64,000 nucleotides of DNA from Histomonas meleagridis 2922-C6/04-290x (GCA_020184695.1 JAANOX010000002.1:502873-566872); one strand, 5' to 3'. Numbered from the stretch's first letter, positions 45,658 through 57,250 are shown. The notes: a model not told the origin generated them from the letters alone. Numbers and translations are program-made.

Positions 45658-48600
45658 TCATTTTTGCTGTTGAAGTAATTTCTCTATTTCTGTATAACCT
45701 TTTTGTGATGCTGTCATGAGCGCTGTCTTATGTAATTTAAGTAATTTCCAAATATTATTTTGAAACATAAGATGATTAAAATTAATATTAAGAAAAATAA
45801 ATTAATATCTTTTTCATTAATGTTAATATCTTTTTGTTCAAGAAGTAATTTAACTATTTCTATTTTACACTCTATGACTGAATAAATAAGTGCTGTGCGA
45901 TATAATATGAAAAAATTCCAAATATTAGAATGAAATATAAAATCAAATAAAAAAACGTTAAATAAAACATTTAAATGTTTTTAGCATTAACATTGATTCC
46001 TTCTTTTGCAAGAAGTATTTTCACGATTTCTATGTGGCCTTTTAAAGATGCTAAAATAAGTGCTGTATAAAATGATCCAAATAATTTCCAAATATTTTTT
46101 CTAAATTGAAAATTTTCAAATTAAATATTTTATAATATAAAAAAATATCTTTATCATTAATATCAATTTCTTTTTGTTCAACAAGTAATTCAACTATTTC
46201 TATAATATTTTTATCGACAACCAACATAAGTGCTGTTTTGTGTAATTTAAATAATTTTTAAATATTATTTTGATATATCAAATTATTATTAAATATATTA
46301 AATTAAATAAAAAAATATTTTTACCATTAATATCAATTCCTTTTTGTTCAAGAAGTAATTTAACTATATAATTATGTTGATTTATTGATGCTAACATCAG
46401 TAATGTATTAAATTTATAAAATAATTTCCAAATAATATATCAAAATATTATGTTTTTTTAAAAAGATTTTAAATAAAACATAAAAATATCTACAGGATTA
46501 AGATCTATCTCTTTTTGTTCAAGAAGTAATTTGACAACTTTTTTGGCTCCTTCTTTAGTTGCTTTCATAAGTGCTGTTTTAAATTTTTTAAATAGTTTCC
46601 AAATATTATTTTGAAACATGAAATTGTTATAACAAATATTTAATAAAATTATTGAATATTTTTAACATTTAGCTCAATTCCTTTTTGTTTAAGAAGTAAT
46701 TTAACTATTTCTATGTAATCCTTTGAAGATGCTTTAATAAGCGCTGTATTAAATAATTTAAATAAATTCCAAATATTATATTTAAATCCGAAATTTTTTA
46801 AATAAATTTTAAATAAAACAAATGAATATCTTTAACATTAATATCAATTCCTTCTTGTTCAAGAAGAAATTGAACTATTTCATAATAACCTTTTTTGGAT
46901 GCAATTATAAGTGTTGTTTCAAATATATTTAATAATTTCCAAACAAAATTTTGGGATTTTAAACTATTAAAATCAATATTAAATAAAATAAATAAATATT
47001 TTTAAGATTTACATCAGTTTCTTTTTTCTCAAAAAGTAATTTAATTACATCTATATGATTATTTTCTGTTGCTAATGTAAGTGCTGTATCATATAATTTA
47101 AATAATTTCCAAATATTATTTTTAAATCCAAAATTTTTAAAATAAATTTTAATTAAAATAAATAAATATCTTTTGCATTAATATCAATTCCTTCTTGATT
47201 AAGAAGTAATTTAACTATTTCTATGTACCCATTTTTAGATGCAATGATAAATGCTTCTTGAAGTAAATCAAATAATTTCCAAATATTATTTTAAAATTCC
47301 AAAAATACAAAATAAATAATAATTAAAACTAGTAAACATCTTTAACATTAGCAGAACTTTTTTCAAGAAACAATTTAACAATTTCAGTATAACCATTTTC
47401 AGCTGCATTGATAAGTGCTGATGTAAATATTTTAAACAATTACCAAATATTACGTTAAAAATCCAAATTTTTCAAACAAATCTCAACTTAAACAAAGATA
47501 CGCCTTATGTATTTAGATATATACCTTTTTGTTCCATAATAAATTTAACAAGTTCGATATTTCCTGATATTGCAGAAAAGACTATGATATTTTTTGGAAT
47601 TGGTTTTACTTCAATAAAAAATTTAATAAGATATAAATTTCCAATTTTTGCAGCTTCATTAATTATAGTATCATTAATTTTCAATCCTTCTTGAAGTAAA
47701 AATGAAAAGATTTCATAGTTATTACACAAAACACATTTTATTCCTAATGGCTCCATATTATTAATTGTCTCAATTTTATTTTCATAAATATATTTAAAGA
47801 TTTCGTTCCGATGAAACTCTATTGCTGTTTCATATGAATCATAAAATTTTGTATTATTTTGTAAACATAAATGAAAAATTTCAAGATTTCCACCTGCAAT
47901 TGCATATTTACCAGTATTTCTTAAATTTGCTTCATTAAGTAATAAATATTTAAAACATTTAACAGCAGAAAAAAAAGCTGCATAATCAATTAATGTAATA
48001 GATTTATATTTTTCATTAATAAGTGAATATCTTTCATATAGTGATGGTTTAATTCTTTGATTAAAATTAAAATCATTTTGTGATGATATTTCTTGAAGTT
48101 TATCGATTTCATCATTTCGAATTATTTTTAATATTTCACTTGGATTAACTCCTTCTTTAACATATTGCTTATGAAGTTCCCAATCATTATTCGAAAGTTT
48201 TTGATAATTTTTTATGAAAGTTTTTATGAATGGATCATAAAATTTAGGACTATACTCATCGTGACATGGCTTAATAATTTCTTTTTTTATTTTATAATGC
48301 GCAAAATAATTTGAAGAAATGTTTTTGGTTATACTTGAATCAACAAAATTTTTTTCAATCATTTTCTCTATTAAATAATATGATTCTTGTGATTTGATTT
48401 TAAAAATAATATTAATAAATATTGGAATAATATTTGGAGTTCTTTTGAAAATTTCCTCTTCTTTTGATTGAACTAATTCCATATAATTTATATATAAATC
48501 GATTTCATATCTTTGTGTGAGAAATCCATAATAAATTAAATTTCCTATAATAATATCAAATGTAAATGGGATATTTGTATCAAAAAATTTCATTGTGTTT

Positions 48601-48725
48601 TGAACTGAAGAATCAATGTTTTTTTCAGTTAAATTAAGTATGATTTGTTGGAGCGAAATAAGTAATTCCATACAGTTGGAATTTGTAGTAATATTGTTTT
48701 GACTCTTGTTCCGAATGGAGTTCAT
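45658..48725 (-). CDS. DUF3447-type ankyrin-repeat gene whose distal 11 repeats are each preceded by an 80-nt non-coding insert
   Basis: ORF 48725-47505 has a DUF3447-like region. Downstream are 11 stop-free ankyrin blocks (TAL..A...G..EIVKLLL.Q.GIDIN.KD) at ~170-nt periodicity, ending KLLQQQK-TGA at 45658. Confidence 0.8.
45727..47501 (-). repeat. Array of 11 fixed-length inserts with a conserved AATATTTGGAAATTATT core
   Basis: Inserts: 47422-47501, 47258-47337, 47088-47167, 46918-46997, 46748-46827, 46578-46657, 46407-46487 (81 nt), 46237-46316, 46067-46146, 45897-45976, 45727-45806. Confidence 0.92.
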
Positions 48726-49059
48726 TTAGAAAAACTGAGGCTAGCCGTTTATTTCAATAAAAATTTATAAATACTATTAGGATTTACTTATTTTTTAAAC
48801 GTTAAAAAGGTTCAAAACAGTTGGTTTCTCTTTTTTAGTCTACTAATAAACTTTATTAATCAAATTTGTAAATGCCATCAGCTTAAACATAGAAAAATTT
48901 TTAACGAACTTTTAAAATAACCGAATTCTCTTTTATATATACACTAGGTAATGTTTAAAAAAGTCATTTATCCAAAACTCTTGGCAAGGTGCGAAATTTA
49001 ACAAAAATGATTCCAAACATTCAATTCCACTTTTTGATCGAATTTTTGTGGAAGCGGTT

Positions 49060-50097
49060 TTATTCGTTTAAAAATTTCAATAATTTTTCGACTGATTTAG
49101 CGCTGTTTTCGCTTTTCCCAACCTCGAAATAAGCCATACCAGGATGCAAATATTTCAACTCACATAATGCTACTATTGTATGACAATTTCCAGTAAAAAT
49201 GTGTCTAATTGAATCACTAAAATTTAATGGTTGAATATTTTCTCTTTCACTTTTCCGGCCAAGCATTAATTGTGCAGATCCATTATTTCCAAAACAATGA
49301 ATATCACCACCCTCATATGTAATGAAACAAGTACAGTAACCAAATTCCATTGACTCAATCTTTTGACCATCAGATGGATGTACCTTCAACTTTTTTACCT
49401 TAGGTACGTTAGCGATGTATCCTACACCATCCTCTCTCAGCGCTCCAATTAATTCAGCACGACCAAAAACGCGTTTAAAATTATAACTCGATAATTCACA
49501 AATAAGTTCAAAATCTTTACGACCTCTTGGGTTCATTGTGTAGTATCCATAAAGCTTTCCTTGAGTTGAAATTGCTAAAGCGCTTTTCTTTCCACCACAA
49601 ACATCATATGCTGGCATTGGAAGTTGGAAATGTAAAACGACATCCGGTGTATGGATCTTTTTCAACTTGTGGATTACTCCGTCTTTGTCGATCATGTATG
49701 GCTTACTTGCAGCTCCTGATAAGTATACAATATTTTTCATCAATAATTTCCCAGTATGTAAATAAACATTACCATTAACAGTTAAAAACGCCGAAAATTT
49801 CATTCCAGCATAAACCCATTTCACAGGTTCATTATTTGGAATTGGAATTAAAATTGGTATTTTTGAGTTTCCTTCTCCTTTCTCTAAAAAGAATTGTTTT
49901 GCTCCTACACCATAAACAGTTCCATCGCTATATAAAAATAATGTATGATCACATCCAAGTGAAATAAAAAGAAGATTTGATGTTTCAATATCAATAACTT
50001 TTGGTTCAATCACACATGGATCATCTTCATTGTCCCGTCCATTACTTTCTGTTGCAAGTTGATATGAGGAGTTATACCCTGCAACAACCAATGACAT
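49060..50097 (-). CDS. RCC1-repeat protein
   Basis: VAGYNSSYQL, ISLGCDHTLFL, VYAGMKFSAFL, CFGNNGSAQL, GNCHTI. Confidence 0.8.
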   Translation of the reverse strand: MSLVVAGYNSSYQLATESNGRDNEDDPCVIEPKVIDIETSNLLFISLGCDHTLFLYSDGTVYGVGAKQFFLEKGEGNSKIPILIPIPNNEPVKWVYAGMKFSAFLTVNGNVYLHTGKLLMKNIVYLSGAASKPYMIDKDGVIHKLKKIHTPDVVLHFQLPMPAYDVCGGKKSALAISTQGKLYGYYTMNPRGRKDFELICELSSYNFKRVFGRAELIGALREDGVGYIANVPKVKKLKVHPSDGQKIESMEFGYCTCFITYEGGDIHCFGNNGSAQLMLGRKSERENIQPLNFSDSIRHIFTGNCHTIVALCELKYLHPGMAYFEVGKSENSAKSVEKLLKFLNE

Positions 50098-50720
50098 CTA
50101 AAATCACAAAATCTTTGATATTGAAATAAAATTTTTATGCAAATTCATATCTGTCTTCAATTTATGTTTTTGTTGAAAATTTTCGCAACGTCTAAAATCT
50201 TTTCCTGCATTTATTACAGACATCTTATATTAAATAATTACACTACTTCATTTTTTAGATTAAATTATTATGTTTGTTTTTATTAATATATTATTAAGAT
50301 TAAAAAAAAAAAAATCAAATTTATTTTAAATATCATCACAATAATCAGAAACTTATTCATAAATATAAACATAACAAAAAACTGTTGACAATAAGTTTAT
50401 TTAAGCTAGTAAACAGATTACGATAAATAAAATTGCCGATATTTAATGTTATGTATCATAGAACACATTTTATTAATCAAAATATTGAAAAATAATGTAA
50501 CTCATGCATTTAACATTTATTTGCATGAAATATTAAATTATTTTTTCATTAATTTTTTTGCTTTCGTCAACCGCTTTCTCTGTATACATATTTACATTCA
50601 ACACTAAATCAAAGAAATTGTATCCTTCAAATGTTCAAAAAGTTTTATCATAAGTTTCGCCTTTAATTCCTTTGAGCAAAATCAAAAGAAATTGTTCACC
50701 AAAACGTATAAATAATTTCT

Positions 50721-53700
50721 TTAATCAATCAATTTATCAAATTTCAATAACTGTTTGTATGTGTCCTCCAAGTCCAACTGCGTTTTCGTTCTTCTATAAA
50801 ATATCGGGCAGTCCGTTGCTGTGCAAATGTTTGGGTTCACGAGCGACTTCTGGCATCTCTGGCACTGCGTCCACAGCTTTGTGTGCTCCTCTTCAGCGTA
50901 TCTGTACTCCTTCAGCTTTTCCTGGTATATCTCTGTCACTCTATTTGCGCATTGGGAGCACACTGGCTTCTTACCCTTTGCGACAGCCGCCTTCCCGCAC
51001 AGACACGTCTCCTGTATCTGCACGAACCCCAGCAGCGTATTCTTCTTTTGTTTCCCTTCGACTATTCTTAAAGGCGCGTGTTTCACATGTAATGTATGAT
51101 CACCTTTCAGTAAACTTTCTACTTTCGATTCTCCCATAATTGGAGTGAACAATCTTAGCAAAGGTTTCCGTAATTGGTTTTCTAAGTAATACTTTGTATC
51201 GATTTGTAACCCATTCTTCATGGCATATATCGGGTCTTCACTTTTATCACATGCGCGTGCATTAGCTTGTCCAGTTGTGATGATGAATGGGACTCGATCG
51301 CCTAAATGATAATGTTGACTCTTCGGATCTCTCTTTTTCATCCTTTCGACTAACTCTGTATGTGGTTGTTTCCCTTTATAATCTTCTTTGGAAATGGCTT
51401 TAGTGATGACTAAGAACGACATATCAATTCGATCATTTAATAAATCGGAGACTGCGCTTTTCACTATTTGAATTGCCTTTTCTTTATCACGTTTAATTAA
51501 TAAGAAGTCTAATGCTTTTTGTAATAAGTTTTGTACTAATCGACAATTATCTCGTCGTACTGTTTCAATACCTTTTGCATCGATTGGACAATCTTCGTTA
51601 GGATCTGCTGTATGATGTAACAAACCTGCGTAATGTTTCTTAGAGATAAGTAAATATGGCTGATATACTTTTTCGAATTCTAATCGAATTGGCTTTGGAA
51701 ATGATTCTGTTACATATTTAGCGGCATCTTGTCCTAACTCTATAGCTTCTGCTAATGATATATTACCAAAGTTAACCATAACTGAATCAGTATCTCCATA
51801 AACTATTTCGGCATTAAACTTATAACCATTTGTTATATTATACTTTTGTATAACTGTGTTTTGTGTTTGTTGAATCATTTGACGTCCATATGATGTAATC
51901 GACTTACTAATCTCTAAACATGGTAATTTACCTTTTGTAGTTCCTGTAAATCCATATACTGAATTTGCAGAGACTTTTAATGCAAGTTGTCGACAATTTA
52001 AAACGTTCTTTCGTAATGGATCAGTCTCATTCTTAATATCGGCTCTAGCTTTAGCTCGCGCACTTAATAACCCTTCTAGAATTTCTGGTAATACTCCTTT
52101 GATAACTTCTTTCCGTGCAAATGCTACGCCCGGCTCTGGTGATCTTTCATATTGTTCAGTATCATTAATATCATTATTACTATTACCAAATACCAATGTA
52201 CAATAACATATGTTATGTGATATCATTATAGATGGATATAGTGAAGCAAAATCTAATGTTGGAATTGGATTAGTATAATACCCAACTTTAGGTTCAATGA
52301 CTGTAGCTCCTTTATAACCTACGCCTCGATCATCTTCATCTCCCATAGATCCTTCAATATTTGGCCGTGAATAAAATGGTATTATCATACCACGTTTGTT
52401 AGCATTTGATAATAGTTGTGAGAATACTCGAATTTGTTGTCCACGTGATAATAAATATTTTAATGGAACTTTACAAACACGTGACAATTCAATAGATGTA
52501 TATAATGTTAATAATTTCGTCATTAATCGTAATGGTAAAAATGCATCTTTCAAACAATACACTGCTAATCGATTTCGATCTTGTGCTGTCCCTTTTTGAA
52601 GTTTAGAGATCATAGAATAATGGACATCTTCTTTTTGATCACCTAAGAAATGAGCAGAGACATAGTTAAGAGAATATGATCGGAACTTATAATCTAAACT
52701 AATGGAAATATACATGTCAAAGTTAATGACGCCCGGTATAGGTACTTCTTTGCCATCTCTTTTGCCTAATGCTTTGATGGCTTTTTTGGCATCTTTCACT
52801 TTGCTGATTTCGCCGCGATATCGTCCTAACTCAGCAAATTCTTTACAGCCAATGGCATTAGCTCTGTTGACTAAGTACGGCCAGTCAAAGTTTTCGATGT
52901 TGTACCCAGTGATGATATCTGGATCATAAAACCGTATGAGTTTTTGAAAGGCTAAAAGAAGATCGCGCTCAAGCTCAAATTGATATAACGCTGAACCTGC
53001 AACTGGAGAACAGGTGTTGAGAACAAATCCAGCAGAAAATGATGGTTCGGGATCTCCTAAGGTTTGGGTATAAACACAAATGTCAATGACAGGATCTTGT
53101 TCTGGTGTCGGAAAATGGTCTTGTTCACCTCCGACTTCAATATCAAATGATAATATTCGTAACTGTGGCATGGTCATCCATTCGCCTTCTGTGTCATGGT
53201 GAATGAGGCTCTCATAGCCAGTATCAAGTTCTATCTGTGAAAATGTTTTACGTTCTTTGATTGGAATAATTGTGTATTTGCCATCTGGAATTGTGACCCA
53301 AGAACACCCTGTAATTGATCTGTCATCCATAAAACGAATAACAAAGTCAACATTGGATTCATATGACATTGATTTAAAACCTGGAAATAGTCGATTTGAT
53401 TCGATTTCAATTACTCGACGACATGTAGCAACATATGATGGCATTAAAGTAGTGATCTTAAGAAACCTCTCTGATGTAGGGTGATATCCCATGATACTTT
53501 TCTTGTCAACTATTTCAACTTTTCTGATAGCAGATGTTTGATCTTTGACTTGTTTGGCCATACTTTCATTTAAAATTCTTTTCACTTCTGGTATTTTATC
53601 TGCTGAGAAATTTTTTGGTATTGATGTATAAAAGTAAGGTTCAAAATTATGTACATGAGCACAAATACTATGACCTTCTTTATCAACACCATGAATATCA

Positions 53701-53900
53701 ATAACAGCAACTGGTCCTGATGTTCGGCTATCATAATGTTTATTCGGGTTTTGAACTTGTCTGTAATCAATATCAATTGCACAGAAATCTATATCTCCGA
53801 TTTTTGTAACATCGATTTCAGGACGTCCCCACTTTTCAGGGAAGTCTGGAATTTTACTTCCTTTGGATGTGAAAACGCATGGCCATGCTTTTGTTTCCAT
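50721..53900 (-). CDS. POLD1: DNA polymerase delta catalytic subunit
   Basis: ExoI FDIEV, ExoII GYNIENFD, ExoIII YCLKD; Pol motifs DFASLYPS, KVSANSVYG, YGDTDS; C-terminal CysA/CysB. First ATG at 53900. Confidence 0.96.
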   Translation of the reverse strand: METKAWPCVFTSKGSKIPDFPEKWGRPEIDVTKIGDIDFCAIDIDYRQVQNPNKHYDSRTSGPVAVIDIHGVDKEGHSICAHVHNFEPYFYTSIPKNFSADKIPEVKRILNESMAKQVKDQTSAIRKVEIVDKKSIMGYHPTSERFLKITTLMPSYVATCRRVIEIESNRLFPGFKSMSYESNVDFVIRFMDDRSITGCSWVTIPDGKYTIIPIKERKTFSQIELDTGYESLIHHDTEGEWMTMPQLRILSFDIEVGGEQDHFPTPEQDPVIDICVYTQTLGDPEPSFSAGFVLNTCSPVAGSALYQFELERDLLLAFQKLIRFYDPDIITGYNIENFDWPYLVNRANAIGCKEFAELGRYRGEISKVKDAKKAIKALGKRDGKEVPIPGVINFDMYISISLDYKFRSYSLNYVSAHFLGDQKEDVHYSMISKLQKGTAQDRNRLAVYCLKDAFLPLRLMTKLLTLYTSIELSRVCKVPLKYLLSRGQQIRVFSQLLSNANKRGMIIPFYSRPNIEGSMGDEDDRGVGYKGATVIEPKVGYYTNPIPTLDFASLYPSIMISHNICYCTLVFGNSNNDINDTEQYERSPEPGVAFARKEVIKGVLPEILEGLLSARAKARADIKNETDPLRKNVLNCRQLALKVSANSVYGFTGTTKGKLPCLEISKSITSYGRQMIQQTQNTVIQKYNITNGYKFNAEIVYGDTDSVMVNFGNISLAEAIELGQDAAKYVTESFPKPIRLEFEKVYQPYLLISKKHYAGLLHHTADPNEDCPIDAKGIETVRRDNCRLVQNLLQKALDFLLIKRDKEKAIQIVKSAVSDLLNDRIDMSFLVITKAISKEDYKGKQPHTELVERMKKRDPKSQHYHLGDRVPFIITTGQANARACDKSEDPIYAMKNGLQIDTKYYLENQLRKPLLRLFTPIMGESKVESLLKGDHTLHVKHAPLRIVEGKQKKNTLLGFVQIQETCLCGKAAVAKGKKPVCSQCANRVTEIYQEKLKEYRYAEEEHTKLWTQCQRCQKSLVNPNICTATDCPIFYRRTKTQLDLEDTYKQLLKFDKLID

Positions 53901-54666
53901 CCTTTCGAAATAAATAAACGTAAACGGTTGGGGGGACTTCCCCAAAAATAAAGAAAAACTTAAGTAATCATAAGATGGCTTAAAGTTTATTTTGGCTTAT
54001 CACATTAAAAGCAAAAAGATGAGAAAGAAAACTAAAAGAAAGCTTTTTTGTGATAATTGTTTATTAATTAAAATGTTATTGTGAAGAAAAGAACAGGAAA
54101 CAATTGAACAAAGAGCTTCACTTAGTCCTTTTTAATATGTGGTTCGATAAGTAAAATTTGTGGTAGAATTTAATTTTTTGGTCAGTTAATTTTAAAAAAT
54201 ATGTTAGTTGGTGGAACTTCTAGGCAATCCTATTAGCTGCTAATACTTCTTTTATCAAAAAACTTCTCACTGAGATTAAACAATATCACATAGAAGATGA
54301 ATGGTTTCCAATATCTCTTGAATTACTGAAGTAGGCCTTATTAAATAATTCGCCTTAAATTTTTTAAAATATTGTGTTTAGGAATTGTATCAGGTAATCA
54401 AAAAAATATTTGATTTTTATTTTTGGGCATCCGTCTATAATAAAGTTTTACATTTTTATAAAAGAAATAAGATTCTATTAATTTATTGTTAACAAAGAAT
54501 ATAAAATTTTAACTAGTGATTTTTGCAAGGATGAAAGATATTTGCATGTGGTGTTTATTTTGCTTCTTGACTGGAATTCAACAAATGGTTCATCCGAAAA
54601 CGGTCTCTTATAATAGTTCGAACAGAGTAATGTGAAAATTCATTTCTTATATCCTAAAGTTGGTCA

Positions 54667-55447
54667 ATGTTCTCACTTAATTTACCATCAACATCATATG
54701 AAATTAAAAATGAAAATGACCCACCACTTCAACCAGCTGATGTACCAGATCCATGTGCTTTCATCAAGAACCATCTTCACTTCAATTATGTTATGATCCA
54801 GCTGGATCTACAAGAATGGCAGCTTATCACGGTACGACTTGCCTCTCTTTCATTTATGATGGTGGTATTGTTGTTGCTGTTGATTCTCGTGCAACAGGTG
54901 GATCCTTTATTTTCTCTGGAACTGTTATGAAGATTCTTGATATTGCACCAAACATGGTTGGTACAATGGCAGGTGGTGCAGCTGATTGTCAATATTGGCT
55001 TCGTAACCTTAGCCACAGTAGGTCGTTTTGCACAAATTCCGCTATCAACAACCATTAACAGTTGCCGCTGCTTCAAAAATACTTGTTAATAACCTTTATC
55101 AATACAAAGGCTATGACTTATCAATTGGTTCATGATATGGATATGACAATACGGGTCCTCATATAGTTTTTATGTTGACAATGATGGATCTCGTATTGCA
55201 GGAAGCAGATTTTCTGTTGGTTCAGGTTCAACTTACGCGTTAGGTGTTTTAGATACAGACTGGAAATCAAATATGACAAAAAGAAGAAGCTTGCGCACTT
55301 GGACGAAAAGCTATCTATCATGCAACATATAGGGACTCAGGAAGTGGTGGACGTGTTACAGTTGTTCATATTACTGCAGCTGGAAAAGAATATGTATCAC
55401 AAACTGATGTATTAGATTTACATGACTTTGAACACATGCCTGAGTAA
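54667..55447 (+). pseudogene. PSMB5: 20S proteasome beta5 subunit, multiply frameshifted
   Basis: Propeptide, HG|[31 protein letters not shown] and YHATYRDSGSGG, spread over at least 5 frame segments. Confidence 0.88.
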
Positions 55448-56399
55448 ATACCGTTCTTTTTTAATTTTTTGGTGTGAAATATGCTTTTGAATGATAAAAT
55501 TTTGAAAATTAATTTTATTTAAATTGAAGAGAAATTTAAAATATGGTGCAATTGTACTTTGATTCTCGTTCTGTGTTTCCGCCATTGTTTTCACTAGGTG
55601 GTGATGATGAACTTGGTCGAATCATTAATGTTAATTTATAACCTCAATGGGTATAACCTTAGGCTATGTTATTGAATGACATTATAAACCCATAACTTAA
55701 AATTCCTGTGAAATAAAGTTAAATTGAGGACGGCACTAACAAGGCTTACACCTGTAAAACTGACAGTTTTAACATCTTATTTGAAAAATTCAAAACGGTT
55801 ACGAAAAAATTCAAAACGGTCTCATGAAGTTTTTAAACGGTTGTAACAGAGGTATATAGGTGAAGTGACTTAACGTCTCCCAGAGGATTTGACATTTTTT
55901 ATAATGATAGATATAATATTGGAATGATATAATTTTTTATTTAAAAAAAATAATTAATGCACAGATAAGATCCTAAGTGACCTTTATTTTTCGAGAATAT
56001 ATCTGCTGCCAATTTCGAGATCAAACCAAAATCAAAACATAAGAATAAAAACTTGATAGATCTCGAAAATTACACGAAATTTTTATTTACTTTTCTGATA
56101 TGATAAACTTTGCAATGTATTATAATATATCATTAAATTTGATATGGTTTTATATGGCCATTTTTGAGAAAACATATCTTTTTTATGAGTATGGTCAGAA
56201 AAAAGTATCCTTTTTGAGAAAAGTGATCACGACGATCATTTTTAACAGAAAATTAAGGGTACTGCAATCTGTCCACTTTATCGTGGGGGTATTTATAAAA
56301 ATTTATTTGAAAAGTGGACAACATGCAGTGCTCTAAAAACAAAAAAAAGTTGTTTAATAAAATATGGATGTTTTAATCATCATTATATATCTTATTTTT

Positions 56400-57250
56400 T
56401 GAAATATATTAGCCGCGCAATGATTCCGCTATTTGCGGTTTCATTGATGCTATATTAATGTGTATCAACTAAAGAACTAATTTCATCAAGTTGTGATATA
56501 AAAGTTTTCATATCATATTTTAAAAATTCGGACGTTTATGGGTTACATAATTATTTAGAGAAATTGATAATATTAGGAACAGACCAATCCATTGGCTTAT
56601 TGATTTTATCTGATTCATCGCAGATTTGATCTATCTTGCAACCGCCATCATTAATTCTTTTTTGAATATGCAAATTAATATTATATTTTCTTGCTATGTG
56701 TTTTCTCATCTCAGCAAGAAACAATATATATTCTATTGTGATTTCTGTGCTAAAAATCAAAGAAATCCAACAACTAAATATAAAAAACAGGAATGCATCA
56801 CTATACAAATCAGCTTTCGACAATTAAATAACATTTGTAAATGTAGACATTCGTAGTACATAACTATCTCTCATCTTTCCAATATGAGAAGAATCATCAA
56901 GCGCTTTATTTAAATTCAGAATACTTTTTACTTTTTGTTGGATTACTGTTTGGAAATATTTCGATTTCATGGGAAATATATCTACTTCTAATATTTTTTT
57001 AAGTGATGCAATGGATCACCAATTGGTATTATTAAATTTTCTTTATTTAATATCTGCCAAATTTTCGAAGTTAGATTTGCATAATTTGTAGAACAACCTT
57101 TTATAATATATTAATTAAAAAATGTTTTATGCTGAGATGATAAATAAGGATCACCATCGGTTGCCTTGTACCATATTCTTATATGGCCATTTTGATATAT
57201 CTAAATCCATATTTCTCCATATCTTTATTATTACAATATCAACCAATAGA
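56400..57250 (-). pseudogene. P-element-like (THAP9-type) transposase remnant
   Basis: ATDGDPYL, IGDPLHHLKK(I)RSRY (DPPHLLKNIRN-like) and GKMRDSYVLRM, with frameshifts. Confidence 0.5.

Noticed and set aside
45727-47501. 59-nt intron model for the ankyrin inserts (TAAT-ATTTGG mimics the spacing of ACTAAC-ACACAG, and removal of positions 1-59 keeps frame)
   Set aside because: It needs AT...GG ends, would add a hydrophobic 7-residue loop (KLFKLYx) without the ankyrin Gly, and gives an immediate TAA in insert 47422-47501. Not excluded, but less consistent than the 68-nt models.
45727-47501. CRISPR-like reading of the ~170-nt periodic array
   Set aside because: The blocks between the conserved cores are homologous ankyrin coding sequence, not unique spacers; no cas genes; eukaryotic context.
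45727-47501. Conserved hairpin AATAAT-loop-ATTATT around the TTTGG core
   Set aside because: Pairing is easy in AT-rich DNA and is broken without compensation in several copies (for example 46918-46997).
55601-55765. Possible box C/D snoRNA (GTGATGA ... CTGA)
   Set aside because: No terminal stem or rRNA antisense element could be verified by eye; such short boxes occur by chance.
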